Shown here piece after piece: positions 10,489 to 20,488 of a stretch of 64,000 bases of DNA. The stretch covers positions 11,080-75,079 of the forward strand of contig CAZYIX010000001.1 in NCBI GenBank assembly GCA_964647665.1, written 5' to 3'. The DNA is from an uncultured Candidatus Poseidoniales archaeon (GTDB taxonomy: Archaea > Thermoplasmatota > Poseidoniia > Poseidoniales > Thalassarchaeaceae). Numbering within the stretch: position 1 is the first letter of the stretch; each line of letters begins with the position of its first letter. The translations under genes and the position numbers were made by a program. The notes beneath the pieces were generated by a model. That model worked only from the letters and a program-made list of their open reading frames with translations, ran no database searches and was not told where the DNA came from.

Positions 10489-11304
10489 TTAGTTCAGTGC
10501 CTTTTGCAATTCTTGGCTTGCTCCCTCGTCGATGGGGCTGGCAGCAGACTTGAGCCAGGAGATGTAAGCAGGGTCTAGGGTTGAGATTTCGCTGACAGTA
10601 CGACCCCGGTGTCTACCTCTGCCGATAACGAGGCCTGATTCGACGCGGCGTAGCCAACCTTGACTGCCGGGAATAACTGGTAAGTCATCAACATCTGGTC
10701 CTAGACTACTCGCTCTCCCCGCTCCGCCGCCACTTGCCCATACTGGGATGTCCTGCACTTCGCGACGGAATGATTGAGGGTGTCTGCGGATGATTTCCCA
10801 TAGTAGCGCGAGAGTCGCCGCCGCGTCAGCTGCGGCTGTGTGAGCGTTTTCCAGCGGAATGTCAAATCTTTTGCACAAAGTGCCAAGTTTGTGATTTCGT
10901 GGCAATTTGAGTCGCTTGGCGATGGTTAGAGTATCGATTATTGCGAGTGGTTCTGGCATCACCGCGCCCGCGCGAGTAAATTCCATTTTGAGAAATGGCC
11001 AGTCGAACCTCTCAACATTGTGGCCTACTATCACGGCCCCTTTCATTGCATCAGCAATTGTTTGAACATGAGCGTTGAATGTGTCCTCACCTCGAACGTC
11101 AGCTTCGACTATTCCATGTACCCGCGTAGATGCGATAGGAATGTCCCGTTGTGGGTTTATCAGCGATTCCAGATGAACTTCCTCACCGTTCTCGTCACAA
11201 CCGATGAGGGCGTACTGAATGATTCTGTCATTCTGTGGAGAGAAACCGGTCGTCTCGAGGTCAAATCCGAGAACTCGGTGGCCTGCCAAAGGGTCGTGTG
11301 CCAT
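10489..11304 (-). CDS. DEDDh 3'-5' exonuclease (DnaQ/ExoX-like)
   Basis: DLETTG, GHN..FD, IDT and H.A..DA motifs; C-terminal GRHRG....DPAYISW subdomain. Confidence 0.92.
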   Translation of the reverse strand: MAHDPLAGHRVLGFDLETTGFSPQNDRIIQYALIGCDENGEEVHLESLINPQRDIPIASTRVHGIVEADVRGEDTFNAHVQTIADAMKGAVIVGHNVERFDWPFLKMEFTRAGAVMPEPLAIIDTLTIAKRLKLPRNHKLGTLCKRFDIPLENAHTAAADAAATLALLWEIIRRHPQSFRREVQDIPVWASGGGAGRASSLGPDVDDLPVIPGSQGWLRRVESGLVIGRGRHRGRTVSEISTLDPAYISWLKSAASPIDEGASQELQKALN

Positions 11305-11396
11305 TGAAGTGAGCCGAACAGCGACGCTGTTTGAACTCTCGCACCTTGAACATCGTAGCCGCAAACCCAATTCCCTGCGGCCTCTTTGGCTCTGTT

Positions 11397-11831
11397 ATGG
11401 GGCTATTTGATCGATTGTTCCGCTCACGCCGCAAGACGACCGAAGAAGCGAGTCCGAGCATGGACGAGGTCGCCGAAGCGGCGTTGCGCGAAGAGTATGC
11501 AGATGCGAGGGGCGACGCTGCAGAATCAGCCTTCGACACCCTCAATGCTCCAGATGAGTCTCCACTCACTGCTGATTCAGCGAAACAAGCCCCGGTCGAA
11601 TTTGATGCGGGTGATGCTGACGCAGAGGATTTGTTGGCCGAGGATAGCATGGTCAGTCACTATGATATGGCTACCAGCGAATCAATTGATTTGGTGGATT
11701 CAGATTCCCATTTGAAGCAGGCAACCATCGATTCCCCAGCAGGGGATGGTGATGCCTATTCTCAGGTCGAAGTACCACTTGGAGATGACGACATGCCAGA
11801 TGATTTGGCGGAGTTGAATGATGAGGACTAA
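11397..11831 (+). CDS. Hypothetical acidic, probably disordered protein with N-terminal amphipathic MGLFDRLF
   Basis: Divergent from the exonuclease gene; biased composition typical of real genes. Confidence 0.6.
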   Translation: MGLFDRLFRSRRKTTEEASPSMDEVAEAALREEYADARGDAAESAFDTLNAPDESPLTADSAKQAPVEFDAGDADAEDLLAEDSMVSHYDMATSESIDLVDSDSHLKQATIDSPAGDGDAYSQVEVPLGDDDMPDDLAELNDED

Positions 11832-11875
11832 ACTGACCTCCACAAGGGGTCATCTATCCGTCACGCTTTCAAGGA

Positions 11876-13090
11876 TTGAGTTGGCGTCGTATGCCCATGA
11901 CAGGGCAGAAAGGCAGCATATTGCGGTCTCGTTCAGCGATGGGTTGTCTGCTAGTTGTCTTGTTACTCGCGCCGATTTTATCTGGCTGTACTAGCGTGAT
12001 GGGACCACCTGACCCCAGTGCGAGAATGTCGGCAGACAGGGAACAAATCGACGCTGGCGATTCGGTGAATTTCGATGCGCGTGAAACTACTACTCCCGAT
12101 GGCACGATGATAGTATCATATCGGTGGGATTTCGGTGATGGAATTCAGATAGAGACCGTTCAGGGTTACACTAGCCACACTTACGATTTGCCCGGAGTAT
12201 ACGAGGTGGCGGTAACAGCGGTGAACGACCAAGGCGGCGAAGATTCCACCACGGCCACCGTTTTTGTCAATGGATTCCCTGAGGTATTGCTCTCGATGCC
12301 GGTTGCAGTCAGAACTGGTGATGTAGTGGTGATGGACGCCTCGTCTTCCTTCGACCCAGAGGGTGGTGTTCTCACATACCATTGGGATTTCGATTGGAGT
12401 ATTGATTCCGATAATGATGGTGACCCGAAGAATGATGTGGATATGACTGGCTCTGAGATTACCATCACTCCGGCGGTTTCAGGAGAATATTCGGGTTCGC
12501 TGACGGTTATCGATGACAAGGAAGCGACAGTAATCCGCACTTGGACGATTAACGTGCTTCCACGAACTTGGCAAGTGACTTGGGAAGAACACCGCATCAA
12601 CCTCGATTGGGATGGATATCTTGACCAAGGCGACAAACATACTATTCTCCACTTCCCAAGTGAAGGAGGCCGATTGTATTCGGTGAACGCCACACTGACG
12701 CTTGAGATGGATATACTTCCATTCACTCAGCCACAGGATAATTTTTCATTAACAGTCATTCTTGCTAATGACGGATGGACAAGCACAGTGCGCACCCAGC
12801 AGGAGAATATCACTCGAAACTCTAGCGCCAGCATCGAGCGCAACGGAATGAATACTTGGCCTGAAGCACGGGATAATTACACTGCAGATTCGCTTGAGCA
12901 ACTAATGGATATGTTGCACAATGAAACCGGCCACAGATTCGGTCAAGGCGAGTGGCAGTGGGTGATTGAAGCCGAGGAGGCAGATCCTGACTTTTTGATT
13001 GACGATATGGACCCAGATGGTGGTAATAACTGGGAATTGGAGATTATATTCATCATGTTGGTGCCAAGAATCAGCGAGGTTGGCGTCTGA
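11876..13090 (+). CDS. PKD-domain lipoprotein
   Basis: Lipobox LSGC; YRWDFGDG and YHWDFD PKD motifs; start codon uncertain. Confidence 0.85.
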   Translation: MSWRRMPMTGQKGSILRSRSAMGCLLVVLLLAPILSGCTSVMGPPDPSARMSADREQIDAGDSVNFDARETTTPDGTMIVSYRWDFGDGIQIETVQGYTSHTYDLPGVYEVAVTAVNDQGGEDSTTATVFVNGFPEVLLSMPVAVRTGDVVVMDASSSFDPEGGVLTYHWDFDWSIDSDNDGDPKNDVDMTGSEITITPAVSGEYSGSLTVIDDKEATVIRTWTINVLPRTWQVTWEEHRINLDWDGYLDQGDKHTILHFPSEGGRLYSVNATLTLEMDILPFTQPQDNFSLTVILANDGWTSTVRTQQENITRNSSASIERNGMNTWPEARDNYTADSLEQLMDMLHNETGHRFGQGEWQWVIEAEEADPDFLIDDMDPDGGNNWELEIIFIMLVPRISEVGV

Positions 13091-13137
13091 TTATGCACGC
13101 GCAACCGATTTGAACCGGAAATAGGTGGGACCCTTCG

Positions 13138-13488
13138 ATGGTCACTTCAGTTAACATTCGTAAGGTCACTGCGCGTGATAGAGTGGTGTTGGATTTGGAT
13201 GTCTGGATGGATAACCCAGAGGACCAAGATTTTTCTCCGCGTGTGCGATTGGCAGGCTCAACAATCGAACTCTCAAACGAGGGCTCAGATGGTGCGTTGG
13301 CCTCCATCGAACTCGATGATGATACGCTTGCTATGGCTGAGCGTGATAGAGTAGTTGAGGCCCGCATCAAATTCAGTGTGCACGGCATGCACGGCACCTT
13401 GGTTCACAAAACCGACAATCCTCGCGATGGACCAAAGGCGAAGAAGTTGGCTGAACCACGCTGGAAAACCGTCCTCCCGTTATTGTGA
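13138..13488 (+). CDS. Hypothetical protein
   Basis: 116 aa ORF with AGGTGG upstream; followed by a T-run. Confidence 0.65.
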   Translation: MVTSVNIRKVTARDRVVLDLDVWMDNPEDQDFSPRVRLAGSTIELSNEGSDGALASIELDDDTLAMAERDRVVEARIKFSVHGMHGTLVHKTDNPRDGPKAKKLAEPRWKTVLPLL

Positions 13489-13562
13489 GCGCCTTTTTTG
13501 TCGGGGGGGTCCCGGGTCGCCCCCATTCTTCCCTCATATACCGCGGAACACAGAGTATTGCT

Positions 13563-13808
13563 ATGGCCAAAGGTACACAGAAGGCGGCGAGGCTCCGCCG
13601 CCTCCGAGAAGAGATACTGAGTTTTGTCAGTTTCAACCCAGGATGCACAGCGAGTCAAATAGTAGCGTGGTTATCGATAGAAAGACGAATGAAAAATCAT
13701 GGATTGACCCCCAGAAAGGTCGGATTCTTCATCCCCCGTCATTGCAAGGAACTCTCTTGGTCGCAAGACCGAATGACCGGCAAGCGGGTTTACGTGCTGT
13801 CAGATTGA
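13563..13808 (+). CDS. Small basic winged-helix-like protein
   Basis: IL.FV..NPG.TASQI..WL helix pattern and C-terminal wing (RVY). Confidence 0.65.
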   Translation: MAKGTQKAARLRRLREEILSFVSFNPGCTASQIVAWLSIERRMKNHGLTPRKVGFFIPRHCKELSWSQDRMTGKRVYVLSD

Positions 13809-13860
13809 ACTGATGCACAACCGTTTGGGTTAAGTCGAGGCGTCTAGTCGCCGCCTCGCT

Positions 13861-13937
13861 GGACCCATAGTGTAGCCTGGATATCACTGGGGCTTGCGGA
13901 GCCTCAAACCCGTGTTCGAATCGCGGTGGGTCCGCCA
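13861..13937 (+). tRNA. tRNA-Arg(GCG) with encoded CCA
   Basis: Acceptor GGACCCA/TGGGTCC, anticodon arm GGGGC-TTGCGGA-GCCTC, T-arm CCGTG-TTCGAAT-CGCGG, ends GCCA. Confidence 0.95.
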
Positions 13938-13969
13938 TATTGATTGGCCGTGCTCTGGGGAGCGTAGCC

Positions 13970-14383
13970 ATGGCAGTGGTACTGAGTAGGCGTGTTGATT
14001 GGCCAATGCTTGATGTCGCAGCAGTCGTGTTTTATCCACAGTATTTCGATATCGCACACCGTTTCTTTGAGGAATCTTGGCAGCAGATTTGTGGAATTGA
14101 CTATCCAACCCTCACTCTGGAGCGGAGGTTGGGATTCCCAGCGGTGCGGACTGAAGCAGACCATGTCGCACCGTTGCGTTACGGTGATGAAATTGTCTGC
14201 ACGCTTTGGGTCGAGAAGGTCGGTAGCAAATCCACAACCTGGCGATATCGATTTGAGGACCAGAATGGAACTGTGACTTGGAGAGGAATGGTTGTCACGG
14301 TTTGTGTGGATTTGGACACCTTCGAGTCAATACCGATACCCGATGAAATCGCCGAAGCACTGCGAGACTGCACCGAGGATTGA
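13970..14383 (+). CDS. Acyl-CoA thioesterase (4HBT/YbgC hot-dog family)
   Basis: D.A.VVFYP.YF, PLRYGD, KVG.KS, V.VD...IP motifs. Confidence 0.9.
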   Translation: MAVVLSRRVDWPMLDVAAVVFYPQYFDIAHRFFEESWQQICGIDYPTLTLERRLGFPAVRTEADHVAPLRYGDEIVCTLWVEKVGSKSTTWRYRFEDQNGTVTWRGMVVTVCVDLDTFESIPIPDEIAEALRDCTED

Positions 14384-15009
14384 AGGTGTGTCTGATGCCG
14401 CGCAGCGGCATGGATGAGGATGAAATCGGGTCAGTCATGCTCAGTGAGGGCGAACCAGAACTAGTCGCACCTGAGATTGAGGTGCAACCTAATGCAGCGA
14501 TGGTTACTGTTGCCACAGTTATCCTGATTATTGGCGCTATGCTAACTTCTTACAATGCCTTTTTCAATTTAGTTGATGATGAACCGACCGATGCTGAACT
14601 GCAAATGATGATTGATGGATTTGAAGGGACAGATATTGAAGTGACCCTTGAGGATATGCGACAATGGTCTGACTCCCTATACGATTCCAACTATTTCACC
14701 GTGCTCGGTATCGTTGAGGTCATCGTAACCTTATGCTTCGCAGTTGGCGCATTCTTCCTCATTCGTCGTAATAGAATCGGCATCTATGTTGGTGGCGGTG
14801 GTGCCGGATTATACACCGCAGCAGGCTTGTGGGGAAGTTGGATAATGTTCGACGCTGCCTCCGAACTTCCTAGCATTCTGTCCACTACTTTTGGATTGAC
14901 AGGTGTAATCCTGTCATTCTGCAGTTTGACATGTATGGCCATCATATTCCTACCGTTGATGTTTGCATCTGGACGCGCTGCATTACCTGTGGATTTGCAA
15001 ACGGCGTAA
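14380..15009 (+). CDS. Hypothetical 4-TM membrane protein
   Basis: Hydrophobic helices; start probably 14395 or 14410. Confidence 0.65.
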   Translation: MKVCLMPRSGMDEDEIGSVMLSEGEPELVAPEIEVQPNAAMVTVATVILIIGAMLTSYNAFFNLVDDEPTDAELQMMIDGFEGTDIEVTLEDMRQWSDSLYDSNYFTVLGIVEVIVTLCFAVGAFFLIRRNRIGIYVGGGGAGLYTAAGLWGSWIMFDAASELPSILSTTFGLTGVILSFCSLTCMAIIFLPLMFASGRAALPVDLQTA

Positions 15010-15031
15010 AAAGTGATTCGACTGTGGAAGG

Positions 15032-15427
15032 TCAGGCCTCTCGTGGCCATTTCTTATCGAGGGCACTTTCGAGCCCTTCGTCCAATTTTGCGTCCCACCA
15101 ATTGGCTCCTCGCCACACTGCATAACGCCCTCTAATTCCTCGCAAATCTGCGCTATCCAACCGCGCATTTTGCAGGTTGGCCAAACCAAATCGGGCCTTG
15201 GTTGCCTTTGCATTGCGCAGGTCAGCACTATCGAGGGCTGCTTTGGAGAGATCAGTCCCAACCATCGAGGCTTCACGCAGATCGGCTCCAGACAGGTTTG
15301 CCCCGGTCAGATCAGCTCCGTCTAGGATGGCTCGACGCAGATTAGCCCCAGCAAGATTCAGTCCACGTAAGTCAGCCCCGATGAAGGACTGGAAGGAAAG
15401 GTCAGCTCCGGGCCTGATATCGGCCAT
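15032..15427 (-). CDS. Pentapeptide repeat protein
   Basis: Tandem A[DN]Lxx repeats. Confidence 0.93.
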   Translation of the reverse strand: MADIRPGADLSFQSFIGADLRGLNLAGANLRRAILDGADLTGANLSGADLREASMVGTDLSKAALDSADLRNAKATKARFGLANLQNARLDSADLRGIRGRYAVWRGANWWDAKLDEGLESALDKKWPREA

Positions 15428-15436
15428 GTCAGAACC

Positions 15437-15952
15437 TCAAGAACTGGAACGTCGGTCCAGATGCGCTCGTCCCTCGGGAGTGAGTACTGCAAATCGGTTC
15501 TTTTCGGAACCACCCGGTGGGTAAGATACGAATCCACGCTCGTGAAGCCGGTTCAGATACAGAGAGAGATTGTCAGGGGATTCAAGTCCAGCATCGTCGA
15601 AGAGTTTCTTCAGTACTCTCGGTGGTGAATCATTGATGCCTTCGACATCACGCAGGTAGTGAATCGCGGCAAGAACTTGGTCAGGTTTCTTTGTTAGGCT
15701 ACTGTTATCGATTAGCGCGTTGAAGGAGGAGCCTCGCTCCGGCAATCCATGCTTCTTTGCTGCCTCCATTGCGGCTGAGATGGCTGCTTCGCGAGCGGAA
15801 CGAACTTTGGCAAGAGCGGTCGACCATTCTTCTCCTTCACTGATTTTCATCATCTTCGCATCGACCTCTCTTTGTGAGCCAGTAATGTCAATATCGACTT
15901 CGCCTACCCTAATCAGCACACGACTCTCTACTGCCCCTTCTGAACCAGTCAT
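15437..15952 (-). CDS. Hypothetical protein with C-terminal winged helix
   Basis: AGGTGA SD; NLSLYLNRL..RGFV...LTPEG wHTH pattern. Confidence 0.65.
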   Translation of the reverse strand: MTGSEGAVESRVLIRVGEVDIDITGSQREVDAKMMKISEGEEWSTALAKVRSAREAAISAAMEAAKKHGLPERGSSFNALIDNSSLTKKPDQVLAAIHYLRDVEGINDSPPRVLKKLFDDAGLESPDNLSLYLNRLHERGFVSYPPGGSEKNRFAVLTPEGRAHLDRRSSS

Positions 15953-16043
15953 TAAGTCGTCACCTGACCTTTTCCAACCAGTGGCCGGGTTACTTTAATC
16001 GTTGCTGTGCTAACTTTTCTTAACGCCTCTCTGGAGGTGAATA

Positions 16044-16064
16044 ATGGACTACGTTGAGTGGTAG
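16044..16064 (+). CDS. Candidate micro-ORF MDYVEW
   Basis: Perfect GGAGGTGA SD at 16033-16040, ATG at 16044, TAG ending 16064; TTTAAT box upstream. Confidence 0.3.
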   Translation: MDYVEW

Positions 16065-16195
16065 GTTTTAGCAAGAGTCATCATCTTGGATTAAATTCTA
16101 ACTTGTTTGGAGGGCCCCTTAACCTCCTGCTGACGGCTCCAATACCCTCATGTCGCCGAAGGCGACTTAACCTCCGGAGCGTTGAGAGGCAACCG

Positions 16196-19100
16196 ATGAC
16201 CCCCTCGCATGCGCGTAGTTCGGCGAGCGCTTTGCGCTCGTTTTGGCTCGCAGTACTGCTTTTGATGGCCTTTATTCCACTGTCACCTATAGTTTCGGCC
16301 GATTCTCAATCAAATCCGATATATTTGTTCTCAGATGGTTCGACAGCAGTAGAACTTGAATTGGATTCATCTTCTGTCAATTCAGTGAACGTCAGCGTAT
16401 ATCGCAACACTACTCTCACACAATCGAGTTTCGAGGTATCCTACGATGTTAGCGACCCTTCTCCGGGAACCGTGCTGCTTGATGTTGGCGCCGATATGCA
16501 ATATGAATGGGGATTTGTCGGGGCAGGTGCAGGTAAACTCGGAGAGCAACATCGCTTCGTCGATGACTCTCTGTCAGATGACACACCGGTTAGCGGTAAT
16601 CAATCATGGAACAACCTTGAGGCGTGGAAATTACCACATCTTGCAATGCTCAGTGCCAGTGAACTAACTGTTGAGTTCGCTCCAGACTTTGGTGGCGATT
16701 TCCTTACAGTTGGTGATATTGCTGATTTGCACACCGCCGACATGGACGGTGATAGTCTGCCCGAGCCCGTATTCCTAGTTCGTGACCACTCCGGCACTAA
16801 CGGAACATCATGGCCACACTTTGGTTGGACCGATTGGACGGTTGCTGGTGGCCTTTCAACCAGTTGGATACCAACTTGCGAGGGAGCAGAAAGGTTGGTC
16901 ACTGGCGATATTGACGGTGATGGCAGTTCCGATGTAGTGGCAATCGCAAGTGATGATGAGAATATCTGCATTCATTTGTCTGGAACCAATTCATGGCAGA
17001 GCCCAATGAATCACTCGATAGGAGGGCAGTTCGCTGACGGCACCCTTTCTGACATGGATGCCGATGGACAGGCCGATTGGATTTATGTCAACACCACGGG
17101 AGACCTCGGTGTCAATATCTTCAGTGGCGGCTCGTTCACTTCCGCAGTCACCACTACGGTGTCAAGCGGCAGCGGAATGCCACAGGTAACATTGTCTAGC
17201 CTTGCAATAGGCAGTTTCTATGGTTCAGGCAAATCCATTGCAATATCTGAACCCGGCCCTACAGCCAACTACAATAAGTTCTACAATTATTCTTCAGGCC
17301 AATTGGTGATATCCGATGACAATATCGAATGCATGGGTGGTGCCATGCAGGTTTTTGACTTCGATCAAGACGGCAGCGATGACTTGCTTGGCTCGACTTC
17401 GAGTGGCGGTTGCTCAGCTACATATGATGGCACACAATGGGTTACACAAGACCTGAATGGCGTAATTTCAGATAATTTCAGTATGTCAGATTATGACCGT
17501 AGTGGTAGTGTCTCATTGCTACTTGCAATTGCCGGCGCACCAGACAATAACGACGCTACCTTCACCGGTCAGTTGGATGTATTCGGCTTCAACTCAACCG
17601 GCTCTTTGGGTGCGCAGCAAGCCACTTTGAGGCCACATACTTCACCCCGCGACATCGTCATCGCTGACCTTGATGGTGACGGACTGCCAGAGCAGTTGGC
17701 AGTGAGTGGTGAGAGCAGCCCAGGATTGTGGCTTGGAGGTTGGCACAACGTAGAATGGGACCTCAATGGCGATGGTACGGCAGAGGGCGGAATGTCTGGT
17801 TACGCTGGGGACGGCAATGGAGCAGTCCCTCCCATCGATTGGATTGATGAAGGCAACATCTCATCGATGCTTACCTCATTCCTAGCCTCGCTTCCCACTA
17901 CAACGGACGACTTCGCCATCGAGTGGTCGCAAGTCATGCCTGCGGCCCGAACCAGTGGTGCCGGAACAGTATCTCAAAGCAATCTGAACATCACCTACAG
18001 TGTGGTTATGATAGTAGAGACAGGTCCCTTCGGTAATCTATCCAGTTCGTTGAATCTATTCATGGAACTCGGTAATAGCAGCACGATGTTTGAGGTACCT
18101 CTCAACTTCACCTCAACTCATGACGGCAACATCACTCTCGATTCCTTGAGTCTAGGATGGACAGCCGGCAGTGCAGTTCCACCACCTCCCGCCCCTTCTC
18201 CACTACAATTGATCAGTGTTGACCACACTGAGGTGAATGTGATGTGGGCCGATATGGCTCCTAATCACCCCGATTTGATTGGGTATCAGTTGTTCAGGGT
18301 TGTACGGGGTGGAATGTTCGAAATGAATCTACCATTAGCAACGCCGCCGTCTACTGATTATGGGTACACTGACACATACAATATTGTCAACACCAATTTC
18401 ACTTATGCTGTGCGCTCTGTCCATGAGAACGATGTATACTCACCACTTTCCAACTTCCTCGATGTCGACGTTCCCGACATCCCGCCAGTAATCGATGTAA
18501 CGCCACCTGATGCTCCTGTCGTGAGCCTATTTGACACACCGGATGATTGGGGTGGCTCTCTCAACCTGTCATGGGTTCCCTCAGCCGATTCAGACGTAGC
18601 ATACACGCTGATTTTCCTTGAGACCTCCGCATTCAGTAACGCTAGCGGCTTGACACCTTACGCCAATATTTCGTCATTGGATGATACCACCGACATGCAG
18701 GTAACCGGTTTGGCCGATGGCTTGAGACACTGGGCTGCTGCTGTGGCGGTTGATACCAGCGATAACGCGTGGTGGAATGTGACAACATCCGGGCCAGCAT
18801 ATGCTTTCAACAACAGTATTCGAAGCAGTGAGATGACAATGACGTTGACCGCTGACGGCTTCTACGATGATGGTACTCATAGCGGCGCCAATATCCATGC
18901 AGGTCATCCGTTAGTGATTGAAGTTAATCTCTCAAGTGAGGGTGAAGGCCTCGGTGGTGAAATGATTACGCTCGGTCTTGAGCAGGGAGGTAACGAACTA
19001 TTCTCATCTCCAGTAGTGACCAATGGACAGGGCCGCGTAGTATTCACGAAGAGCGATTGGTTGGAGGCGATTGCCGAATTCGGTGCGGTTGGAGGTGAAA

Positions 19101-20449
19101 TCAACTTCTTTGTCGAATGGGATGGTGGTTTGTGGGGTGCTCAGGACCAACCGATTGCTGCGGCCAGCGCGTCTGCTGACGGCGTTGTAACGGTAGATGC
19201 CTCTCTATTTGCAACTCCATCTCCTTTGCATTTGGATTCCCAAGGCAGGGGTGTGGTCAGTATCACCTTCACAACCGATAACACAGCAGAACAGTCAGTT
19301 CTCGCTGGGATGGACATTGCTTGGGGCATTGGCAATGCGTCCAATGGAGTATCTGCTGGTTCAGGCACCTTGATTCCTGATTCCAATGGTGCTACCAGCA
19401 TCAACGTCGATTATCCACTTGGTGGCGAGTTGTCACTTGGTGTCTCACCTCCTTGGTGGTTGAATATGCCCACTTCAGCACTTGAAGTGATTATTCTACC
19501 CCCTACCGAAGAAGGAGAAGGGCCCGGTGGTCCTGAGGCCGACCCTGAACTGCAGGATGTCACCGTGAGTTGCGTGAAAGACAACTGGACTATTTCCGAT
19601 GATGCAAGGGATCTTTGGGACGACGCAAGCCAGTATTCGCAGACGTGTACTTTCTACAATCCGAATGATACCACGGTTTGGCTGGCAATCAGCACTTCTC
19701 AATCCAATGCAATTCCTGCAATCGACATCGGTCTTTCCAGTACTGAAATGGTTGGTGCATCCGACAACTTGACTTTCACGATGGAGCCCACATTCTGGGC
19801 TGCAACAAGCGGAACACCGACTAATGGCACAATCGACATCGATATTGGCATGAGTGCAACCGACTGGGACCCTAATGATGTTTCATTCTCGTTCTCCTTC
19901 ACGATGCATGATGAGGGAGATGATGTCAGTACTGGCGGTTCAGTTGATCCAGATAGTGGTGGCTTGCCATCATGGCTATTCATACTCATAGCATTGGCCC
20001 TGTGCGCTGGAATTGGGATAGTAGCTTGGCGAATGACTGTCTCTCGTCGCGAGGAAGAACAGCCCGATGAAGACGAAGATTGGGACCCTGACGATGCACC
20101 GGGTCCGCGCTCAAAGGCAGCAGCAGCGCGTGGAGAATTACCAACTGGACGCTCATTGGAGGAATTGACCACCATCAGCTCTGGCAAGGCAAAGGACAGG
20201 CCAAAGAAATCACCAGATGGACCATACATCCCATCAGATGAAGACGAATTCATCGCTTCACCCGTGCGTTCTGGCGATATGTCTTGGGACGAAGATAATG
20301 ACGAATCAGAGGGCGAGGGTGAAGAGTGGGACTACACCCAGGATAAGGATTACCACGTCGATGAAGATGGCGTTGAATGGTGGAAGGACGAGGTCGGAGT
20401 TTGGTGGTACAAGTACCCAGATGACGAAGATTGGGAATCCTACGAGTGA
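16196..20449 (+). CDS. Large surface protein with FG-GAP/VCBS repeats, fibronectin type III domains, C-terminal TM and an acidic Trp-rich cytoplasmic tail
   Basis: Repeated D[MILF]DGDG motifs; Fn3 W...Y...Y.Y.V pattern; TM helix; DEDGVEWWKD tail. Confidence 0.85.
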   Translation: MTPSHARSSASALRSFWLAVLLLMAFIPLSPIVSADSQSNPIYLFSDGSTAVELELDSSSVNSVNVSVYRNTTLTQSSFEVSYDVSDPSPGTVLLDVGADMQYEWGFVGAGAGKLGEQHRFVDDSLSDDTPVSGNQSWNNLEAWKLPHLAMLSASELTVEFAPDFGGDFLTVGDIADLHTADMDGDSLPEPVFLVRDHSGTNGTSWPHFGWTDWTVAGGLSTSWIPTCEGAERLVTGDIDGDGSSDVVAIASDDENICIHLSGTNSWQSPMNHSIGGQFADGTLSDMDADGQADWIYVNTTGDLGVNIFSGGSFTSAVTTTVSSGSGMPQVTLSSLAIGSFYGSGKSIAISEPGPTANYNKFYNYSSGQLVISDDNIECMGGAMQVFDFDQDGSDDLLGSTSSGGCSATYDGTQWVTQDLNGVISDNFSMSDYDRSGSVSLLLAIAGAPDNNDATFTGQLDVFGFNSTGSLGAQQATLRPHTSPRDIVIADLDGDGLPEQLAVSGESSPGLWLGGWHNVEWDLNGDGTAEGGMSGYAGDGNGAVPPIDWIDEGNISSMLTSFLASLPTTTDDFAIEWSQVMPAARTSGAGTVSQSNLNITYSVVMIVETGPFGNLSSSLNLFMELGNSSTMFEVPLNFTSTHDGNITLDSLSLGWTAGSAVPPPPAPSPLQLISVDHTEVNVMWADMAPNHPDLIGYQLFRVVRGGMFEMNLPLATPPSTDYGYTDTYNIVNTNFTYAVRSVHENDVYSPLSNFLDVDVPDIPPVIDVTPPDAPVVSLFDTPDDWGGSLNLSWVPSADSDVAYTLIFLETSAFSNASGLTPYANISSLDDTTDMQVTGLADGLRHWAAAVAVDTSDNAWWNVTTSGPAYAFNNSIRSSEMTMTLTADGFYDDGTHSGANIHAGHPLVIEVNLSSEGEGLGGEMITLGLEQGGNELFSSPVVTNGQGRVVFTKSDWLEAIAEFGAVGGEINFFVEWDGGLWGAQDQPIAAASASADGVVTVDASLFATPSPLHLDSQGRGVVSITFTTDNTAEQSVLAGMDIAWGIGNASNGVSAGSGTLIPDSNGATSINVDYPLGGELSLGVSPPWWLNMPTSALEVIILPPTEEGEGPGGPEADPELQDVTVSCVKDNWTISDDARDLWDDASQYSQTCTFYNPNDTTVWLAISTSQSNAIPAIDIGLSSTEMVGASDNLTFTMEPTFWAATSGTPTNGTIDIDIGMSATDWDPNDVSFSFSFTMHDEGDDVSTGGSVDPDSGGLPSWLFILIALALCAGIGIVAWRMTVSRREEEQPDEDEDWDPDDAPGPRSKAAAARGELPTGRSLEELTTISSGKAKDRPKKSPDGPYIPSDEDEFIASPVRSGDMSWDEDNDESEGEGEEWDYTQDKDYHVDEDGVEWWKDEVGVWWYKYPDDEDWESYE

Positions 20450-20488
20450 GCGACGGGTTCATGACAGACTGTGATGCGGGTGAGACCG

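Noticed and set aside
1-13937. Integrated element at tRNA-Pro or tRNA-Arg
   Set aside because: No integrase and no duplicated tRNA 3' end noticed; flanking genes are housekeeping-like
16062-16094. Amber readthrough of MDYVEW (pyrrolysine)
   Set aside because: No pyl genes in the window, and readthrough adds only 9 residues after the amber codon
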